A stretch of DNA of 62,707 nt, counting the filler, from Stramenopiles sp. TOSAG23-3 (taxonomy: Eukaryota), in the NCBI GenBank assembly GCA_900128585.1. It is 25 parts of 25 records of this genome, joined end to end, with 100 filler letters (N's around TTAATTAATTAA, not from the genome) between each part and the next. Parts side by side here need not be neighbours in the genome. Positions count along the whole stretch, not along the records: positions 55,309 to 57,708 come from LT644840.1; positions 57,809 to 60,208 come from LT644841.1; positions 60,309 to 62,707 come from LT644842.1; 22 more parts are not named here. One strand, 5' to 3'. Shown piece by piece: positions 55,310 to 62,707 of this stretch. Each line of letters starts with the position of its first letter. The first letter of the stretch is position 1. The notes under the pieces were generated by a model. It ran no database searches and was not told the DNA's origin. It saw only the letters and a program-made list of their open reading frames with translations. Made by a program: the position numbers and the translations under genes.

Positions 55310-57708
55310 AATTTCTACAAGAGCGTGAAAGTTTGCGCCCACTGCTACGTTGTGTATACCACGTTGGATCGGGCCCGCGAGATCTTGCGGATGCGAGAAG
55401 AAGAGGCCCGTGCGGCTAAAGCGGCCCGGCGCATGGCACAATCGACTGTTCCGCTTCTGGAAGACATGTCGTCCCAGTTTGATGCAGATGTGCGGGCCAG
55501 GGCGCATGTCATGGGGGGGACTGTGCGGCAGCGCCAGGGTGGGTCGCAGCTCAGCCCCGGTGCCAGCACCGACGAGGTTGGGCACGGGGGGATTACTTCC
55601 CCGCTGGTCCTTCCTACGCTTGCAGTAGTGGAACCCGACTCGCTTCAGTTGGATGAATCCCCAATTAGAAACGGTAGAAAGTCGCCCGAGATGGCAGAGC
55701 ATGAACGAAGAAGTCGAAGTCAAACGATGCCGTGGAAGGGGGAAGAGAGAACAGCCATGAAGACGGCCAAGAATCAGCTCCGTGAGCGCAGGAGACAACG
55801 CGAGTTGACCCGGGGCAACGAAAAAATGGATAGATTCGAAGGCCTTGAAGAGTACATACGAAAGGACGCAAAAGTAGAAGAAAAGGCGGAGAGTGTCGTC
55901 TCTTCGGTGGAGGACGAGGATACGTGGGAAGCAAAGAAAGAATCGTCTGCGGAAGATCATGGCGTTGTCCTTGTCGTAGACGAAGAGCCACCAACTCGCA
56001 CCTTGTGCGTAAATGTTTTAGAAAACAATTACTTCGAAGTGGACGTAGCCAGCGACGGGAACCGGGCCCTTGAGATGGCGAAGGAAAGAAAGTACGACGC
56101 CATCCTTGTCTCTCGCGGTTTGCCTGGCATCGATGGCATTGAATTGACGAAGCTAATCAGACGCAAAGAGGCAACGGACGAAGCAAATCTACCACCCCCT
56201 AAGTTTGGGGAGAAATCCAGAAAGGTCATGCGGGTCCCTATCATCGCGTACACCGACATGGCATCGCAGGAAGACTTGCGGCTGTACATGGAAGTGGGAA
56301 TGGACGGGTGCGTTAGCAAGCCTTTGAACGAGCAAGCTTTGTTGGCGACGATGGCGGCAGCTGTGCCGCACCACAAAGGCCCCAGCCAACAGCGATCCCC
56401 ACAGGGCTTTCGTAGTGGTGGGGGAAAGGGGGGAAAGCGCCACCAACCAAATTTTCGGGCGCCCTCAACAAGCGCAAAAAATGGGACGTCTGGTCAATTT
56501 CGTGGGTCTACCACAAAATTGCAAATGGCTTCCTCGACGTCTATTGTGAATAAGTCGTTGACGCTGCCTGTTCCCATGGTCACGCCGGTGACGGGCGGAA
56601 TTTTTCAAATGGATGCTGATACCGCAATTCCTTACACAATTGTTGGTCAACGGCATGATAATTCCCGTCTGTTCAATTTTGTTGTATGCCAAGATTTGTT
56701 TGACACGTGCGAAACCATGCAAATTTTCTTCCGCCCCATCGTTGCCAAATATCCAGGAATGCAGGTTTTGGTCTGGAATTACCCCGGCCAAGCATTTTCC
56801 GAATGGAGGAAGGACGTAACCCTGAACAACAAGTATCTTGCCGGCTGCTTGGATGCACTTCTTCGCCACGTTAGTGTCGAGGGGACTGGGGAGTTTCGAA
56901 CGGACGGCTCCCCTTTCTACTTGGTTGGGTTTGGTAATGGAGGAAATGTTGCGTCGTATTTTGGTTGCCATTACGCTTCTAGCGGGCCGTTTTCGATGTC
57001 TCTGAGAGCCGTTCTACTGCTGAATGGTTTCTCGTACGTTGGTCCGCACTTGGCGGGTGTTCTGCACGATTGTATGAATGTGTTTGCGTGTTCCCCTGCA
57101 AATCGTCCCGATTTGCCCGTGTACTTTTGGACAAGGTTTCTTTTTTCGGCCTCGTATTTGACACGAGTGTCCGCTCCCCTGGCGTTGAATTTATACACGG
57201 CGGTGCACAACCCTATTACATTAGAGGGAAGGATACAACTTTGCCAAGGCGCCTTGGCAAACACAGACCTTCGAACGCCGTTGCGAAACCTCCATTATCC
57301 CATGATTGCTGTCCACTCCGCCCAAAACGGGCTTGTTAAGCCCAGCCATATTGCAGCGCTAGTCGATGCACGTGGAGGGGAAGTTCGATCGCTTCAAAAG
57401 GCGCTCAAGTATCGCAAAAAACTATGCGTTATATGGATGAAAGCTGGGCATGAACTGTTTCAAGAGTGTCGAAAGCCATTGGCTAATTTATTTGAACAAC
57501 TTGCCACGGGCTTCCACGAAACGCATGATGTTTCCTTCTTTCCCGACAATGCGGGACCGGTCGGGCAGCGCACCAGCGGTGGGCTTGGGGCCATTATGGA
57601 CCAGTCGGTTTTAAGCGGGGGGTTGAGTGCTAGCCTTTCCGGGACAATAGGCGGTGGCGGGAGCATGCTAGCCCCTGGCGGTGGAAGCGGCAGCATGAGA
57701 AGCCCTCC
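55310..57708 (+). CDS. Receiver-like domain + alpha/beta-hydrolase-like domain protein; truncated at both ends
   Basis: VLVVDEE...YDAILVSRGLPGIDGIEL...PIIAYT...GMDGCVSKPL; QVLVWNYPGQA, FYLVGFGNGG, AGHELFQE. Confidence 0.85.
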
Positions 57709-57810
57709 NNNNNNNNNNNNNNNNNNNNNNNNNNNNNNNNNNNNNNNNNNNNTTAATTAATTAANNNNNNNNNNNNNNNNNNNNNNNNNNNNNNNNNNNN
57801 NNNNNNNNAA

Positions 57811-58629
57811 AAAAAAAAAACAAACGCACGCGACCAATGGGATCTAGTGTACGAACCCCCTGATCCGCAACCACTGTTTGATGAGAGCTTGGGAGAAACG
57901 CTTCGGTACAGCGACGCCTTAAAGATTGCAAATGTAAACACCCCTAGACCACCTCCTAAGCCTTCGGGCGAGCGGGACTGGAGCAAAGTTGCCGTTACTA
58001 CAAGAATAGGAAACGTCCGAACGGGAATAGTTCCGGATATTGACGTGCACAGCAAATATTTTGAGGAGCACACGGAGCGCATGTTAAACAGGACTGGTGG
58101 TGGTGGGGATGTTTCGAACGGTATAAAAAATTCGCAGTCTATTCAGCTTCCTTTGCGCGTCCCAGAACCACCAACGGGTGATGCAGCGGCAGGCAAGAAA
58201 CCGAAGCCTGGTCCCAGCAGAAGGCAGTTAAACGCTTTACTTCGAAATTACGAAGGCACAAATGGAATGTTTTCACCATACAAAGAGACGTCAAGAGTTT
58301 CTGCGAAGGAATACAAATCCGTGGGGGTACCAGTGCCCAAGCCGATATTTACCAACGACGACAAAAAGAAATATAATTATTCGAAGAAAATGAAGGTGAC
58401 CCAACTTGATATGAAGAATATTCAAAGTTTGCCCAAATATTCTTCCCCGCAAGCCAAAACATCAAGAGATTGGGCGCGGCAAACTTTGAAAGAGCGCATG
58501 AACGTCCTTGCGAAAAGAAGTGGGAGCCAAAGCGCCAGAAGGCACGAATCGGAAAAGGCCATCCTGTCAAAATATTCCACGATTGGAGGCAATGTAAAGA
58601 ATGCGAAGAAACCAATGCCGTGTTTTTGA
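57811..58629 (+). CDS. Hypothetical basic P/S/K-rich protein, C-terminal part
   Basis: Frame open from the contig start to TGA at 58629. Confidence 0.7.
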   Translation, partial: KKKTNARDQWDLVYEPPDPQPLFDESLGETLRYSDALKIANVNTPRPPPKPSGERDWSKVAVTTRIGNVRTGIVPDIDVHSKYFEEHTERMLNRTGGGGDVSNGIKNSQSIQLPLRVPEPPTGDAAAGKKPKPGPSRRQLNALLRNYEGTNGMFSPYKETSRVSAKEYKSVGVPVPKPIFTNDDKKKYNYSKKMKVTQLDMKNIQSLPKYSSPQAKTSRDWARQTLKERMNVLAKRSGSQSARRHESEKAILSKYSTIGGNVKNAKKPMPCF

Positions 58630-58686
58630 ACAAAAGAAGCGTAAAGCGGAGAGGTAATGTAATTCTGAGCATTTTAAGTATAAATT

Positions 58687-59016
58687 AAAAACAAAAAAAT
58701 GGCTGTTATTTAAGTGCATTATAATTTAATAAAAACAAAAAATTGGCTATTTAGAGTAAAACGTTTTAGTATAAAAACTCTTATAAAAAGAACTTAGTAT
58801 TGGATTTAAAATGAGAGTCTTAAAACATACTATATATTTTGTGTTTTTTAAAAAGAACATAGAAATGAATTGATTTTACACCCAATTGGGATAATCTTGA
58901 GAGTCTTAAAACATACTATATAATTAGTTTTTTTTTAAAAAGAACAAGAAAAAATTGGCTGTTATTTAAGTAATTAATGTATATTGCGAACTGAACTCTA
59001 CTAAACATTCGAGGTC
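58687..59016 (+). repeat. Composite copy of the dispersed 3'-flank repeat
   Basis: Two tgagagtcttaaaacatactatata units, three aaaacaaaaaa(t)tggct units and tgcgaactgaa...acattcgaggt, shared with 19868-19919 and 38062-38370. Confidence 0.85.
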
Positions 59017-59119
59017 ATGAAAAAACAAATTATATCTCCTAGTGTATGTTTTCAAGATATAAAATATCCCAGAGAGCATTTAATAAATTACGAATTCTCG
59101 TAATTATTTCAAATGTTGG

Positions 59120-60154
59120 CTAAGGGTAGCGAGGCGATGTAAAAAATTGAGCAGTGAGCCCTAGCTTTTCGCACACATACACAGGCAGAGCAAACGAAGG
59201 ATGTATCTGGTTATACTCCATTTTTGCAGGACCCTCTCCTTCAAAATGATCTAACATGCAAAGACCTGCAATCCCAAAATACGTATGAAACACATCAGAC
59301 ATGTTTCCAGGGCGATCCGCTATCCCGCCGTCTTCTTCGTTTTGACATTTCAGTATAAAATCTTTCAAAAGCGGTTTGTCTATCCAGTCAGAGCGACCTA
59401 AAATTTCTAAAACGGATAGCACCCACCAGCTGTAGCACACGTCCGCCTGCTTTTCTGGCCTGCCATTCAACCCCCCAGAATCACATTGCCGTTGCGACAG
59501 CCACCACCCTAATAGGTCACGGTCAATATGGTGCAGCGCTTTACCAACAGATAGCGCCGCAACGCAGCAAAAGCACTGCGCCGCGTGTGATTCAGCACCC
59601 GGGACGCAGCCAAAACCCCCATCAAAATTTTGACATCGCGCCACAAAGTCTGTTGCTTTTCGAACGTCCACATACTCCAACTTCTTCAGAATTGCCAGCG
59701 TTAACAGGGCACAATAAGAGAACCTGGTGTCTACTTCGATCCAGGCATCGCCGACAAAAGAACCATCATCCAACTGCAATGATTTAATGTACGTGGCAAC
59801 CTTGTCCGCATCAATAACGTCCAGCTTGTCGCATATTGCTAGTAGCTGGATGGCGCTGGTCGTGTAAAGGATATGGCCCGAGTGGCCAGCGTTTCCACCC
59901 CAGGACCCATCTTGGCGCTGGCTTTTCACGATCCATTCAACAATTTCCTCTTTCTTCATCAAGTCCCCAGATTTCATCAATTCCATCGCCATTAACCCCC
60001 AGTACACACCACTCATGCGGAGGTGCTCAGTCGCGTGGTACTCAAAGGTTTCTGTGTTCTGGCCAAGTTCGACAACGTACTTTGCGTGAAGGTCTCTGTA
60101 GAAAGGCAGAAGCACACGCTCGGTCTCGCCGGCAGCGGACACCAAAGACGCCAT
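59120..60154 (-). CDS. RABGGTB: Rab geranylgeranyltransferase (type II) beta subunit
   Basis: [68 protein letters not shown]. Confidence 0.96.
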   Translation of the reverse strand: MASLVSAAGETERVLLPFYRDLHAKYVVELGQNTETFEYHATEHLRMSGVYWGLMAMELMKSGDLMKKEEIVEWIVKSQRQDGSWGGNAGHSGHILYTTSAIQLLAICDKLDVIDADKVATYIKSLQLDDGSFVGDAWIEVDTRFSYCALLTLAILKKLEYVDVRKATDFVARCQNFDGGFGCVPGAESHAAQCFCCVAALSVGKALHHIDRDLLGWWLSQRQCDSGGLNGRPEKQADVCYSWWVLSVLEILGRSDWIDKPLLKDFILKCQNEEDGGIADRPGNMSDVFHTYFGIAGLCMLDHFEGEGPAKMEYNQIHPSFALPVYVCEKLGLTAQFFTSPRYP

Positions 60155-60310
60155 AACACGTAGAGGTGGGAAGCGGTTTGTGCCTGGAACTATTAAGGTT
60201 CAAGAAAGNNNNNNNNNNNNNNNNNNNNNNNNNNNNNNNNNNNNNNNNNNNNTTAATTAATTAANNNNNNNNNNNNNNNNNNNNNNNNNNNNNNNNNNNN
60301 NNNNNNNNAC

Positions 60311-62707
60311 CATACCTTGAAAGACGAGACCAGTGTAGATATTGTGAGGTCGCGCGTGAAACAAATGCGAATATCGTCGGTGCCGTTGCACCAGAAACGA
60401 ATTTTGGAGAAGATAAAAACGAGGCATGTAACGCTTGAAGATTTGAGGGATGCCCTAGACGATCAGGAAGAGGCCTTCGCGAACTATGAAAATATCGCCA
60501 TTGACTTACAGAAGCAAAACCAACTATTAGCAAAAGACTTCTATAAATTTGACGACGAGCAGAAAACATTTTTGAGAGACATACAGCAAGCCGTGGAGCA
60601 TCGGCAACATTACACCGCTGAGTTGGAACAACTTCAAGTGACGAAAACAAAAATAGGATCCTTGAAGAAAGATTTGGTATCGATGCTAGATGAATGGCGA
60701 GAGCTGAAGGCAAAGGTTAGAGAAGAAAGGGAATTGTACGACGGTTATAAGAACGGCCATCTGCTCCTGGAAAATGAGGTGAAGGCGGAAACAGGGGCTG
60801 TCCGAGCATGGTCCGAAGATTTGAAGAAGACTCGGGAAAGGCTCTATCCGCGAGATCACAAGTACGGAGATTTAGAATTTTTACTGAAAAAAAGTATGGC
60901 GAAGAACCAGTTTGCCTCCATGAGATCGTACATACTGAAAATAGTTCAGCGAATGGTGGAGCCCGGTGTGGATGCGTCTCGCGGCAACGGTGATGGTGCT
61001 GAAAGAAAAGACGACGACGAACTGGGCGGCGTCCCCGACGATTTTATCCCGATAGTAAACAAAGCTCAAGCCATTGTATTGGACCACGAAATAGACGCCA
61101 TCCACGATGTGAAGAAGAGTTTTCTTAAAACCGTGTCGTCTCCCGCTTCCAGTTTAATGTCCGCCAATGCTCTTTTGAAAAAACACTTGGCCCGTGCAAA
61201 TTCAATCGGCATGCTTGCCTGTCCACCCTACCGCAACATGTTTGCGCTGGTAAAACTGTACTCCGGCGATATTGAAGAGTACGACACGCTTTCACATTTT
61301 ATATCACAATTTGCAAACAATTGGGTAGAGCATTTAGAAGAATCGTTTTCATCTTTTCCGCAAACTGAAAACATACTCAGAGCCGCACTGGTCCTTTTAG
61401 GAAATTTTGCGTATGAAAATGTCCAGACGTGGAGCGATATTGTTGAGACTCTGAAGTCTTCCCCCGTTTTATACACTGTAAAGAATTTTGACCCATTTAC
61501 GATATCCCCAGAGCACGTCTCGTTTGCCAAAAAGTGCATACACGGCATAGATGGGGCGAAGCTATTCGGGCGGTCGATTTCGGAAGTCGGGTCATTTTAT
61601 AGGTGGGCAAAGCAGTGCATCAAGCTAGCAGACGGTGTCGCGGAGTCCAAAGCAGCGAAAATATTGGAACATGCCCCGACGCCAAAAGGCGAACACTGGG
61701 TGATGCACCCGGACGCGCCTTGGCATAAATCACATGTAAATTCTAGAAGGGGCGAAAGTGGTTTTCCAAGTGCGAAGAAAAGAAACAAGATTGGTTCGAA
61801 GGGGAATAAGAACGAACCGCAGGCGCCCCCGAAAGCACACGACGTCGAGCCTTCTCTGCCAGAATGGCCCACAGCCCTCCGGCTGATTCCAAAGCCTACT
61901 GGTAGATACGGCGAAACTACAAAGCGTATGAAAAGGTTGGAACACCCAGAGATCAAAACGCCCCACTTAAGGGCAGAGCCAAACGATGGACAATCGCAGA
62001 CGAAAATTATTCCCCGCAACATTGCGAAAAAGTCTATTCCAACGCAGAAAAGTGATGGCGCAGACTTTCTTGCACAAACTGGCCATAAAGGAGGACAAAA
62101 GAAATTGGAACGGCTTAAAAATACGTACATAGAAAATCCTAAAGTGACGTCCCGGTTCATGTGGTGTTTGGCACTGACAAACGTTATAATTTTGATTGTT
62201 TTATTAAGCTCATTTTATGACCTAGAGGGTTTTGTGAAACGAGCAGGCAGCAAAGTGGCTTCGGCAACCCAAAGCGGGGCTGTTGCAGCTGCAAATAGAG
62301 TAGGATTCGGGGAAGGTGGGTTGATGGGAGGGGTTGCAGAGGTAGTCAATATTAGTGCTGGAAATTTAGTTTTGCGCGATGGGCAGATTTCAGCCTCAAA
62401 GTTATCGGGGGGGCTATTTGCACCGTCTACAAATTATAGTTTTCTCGGGTCTACCATTGAAAACTCTGGGACAATCTTAGAGGTGGACATTAAAAGTGGG
62501 ACGATAAGCGGGGTAAGCATAAGCGATACCGACATGGTGATTGGCGCAGGAAACACCTTGGATGTCTCAGGCGGCCAGTTGGTTCTGGACGATGGACAGA
62601 TTCCAGGCGAGAAAATATCGTTTGGTGATTTAAACGTCGCAGGCAGTGTTTCGCTGGGCAGCGCGAGTACCGATACCATAACGATAAAGTCCCGTGTAGT
62701 TCACAAC
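60311..62707 (+). CDS. 799-codon open frame (missing from ORF track, no stop in window): coiled coil, dynein MTBD-like domain, TM helix, fibre-like ectodomain
   Basis: Translated by hand with no stop from HTLKDETSV to TITIKSRVVHN; TM FMWCLALTNVIILIVLLSSFY at about 62156-62218. Confidence 0.85.

Noticed and set aside
2427-60308. Regularly spaced TTAATTAATTAA palindromes every about 2.5 kb, read as a CRISPR-like or nanochromosome structure
   Set aside because: Always centred in identical N44 padding, and segments are length-sorted and cut genes mid-frame; these are artificial spacers. ORF tails ending in XXXX/LIN are artefacts.
1-62707. Alternative genetic code, tRNA, rRNA or CRISPR arrays
   Set aside because: Conserved genes translate fully in the standard code, and TAA, TAG and TGA all serve as stops; no tRNA, rRNA or repeat-spacer array was recognised by eye.

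Overview
This window is not contiguous DNA. It is 25 unrelated contigs of about 2.4 kb, sorted by decreasing length (2426 to 2399 bp) and joined by 24 artificial 100-bp spacers (N44-TTAATTAATTAA-N44), so adjacency across spacers means nothing. Most contigs are nuclear DNA of an intron-poor, flagellated microbial eukaryote with very AT-rich, low-complexity intergenic DNA. A heterotrophic stramenopile from a single-cell or metagenome assembly is my inference only. Recognisable genes include ABCF, ATAD1/Msp1, kinesin-14, Rab GGTase beta, ABCC, OATP, a SOS1/SLC9C-like exchanger, DapB, TPR, MORN and CEP70-like proteins. Most interesting observations: (1) two contigs (1-2426 and 40276-42684) look like one large, nucleus-dependent DNA virus; they share a promoter architecture and encode an HNH endonuclease, two RING fingers, a divergent Rpb12, a DWNN-like/RS protein and a mini HMG-like protein; (2) an ORF missing from the supplied track (60311-62707) joins a dynein microtubule-binding-like domain, one TM helix and a phage-fibre-like ectodomain, and a second phage-fibre-like gene lies at 36935-37663; (3) an atypical copia element; (4) several unusual domain fusions; (5) a dispersed repeat confined to gene 3' flanks. 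All family assignments are by eye; no searches were run.
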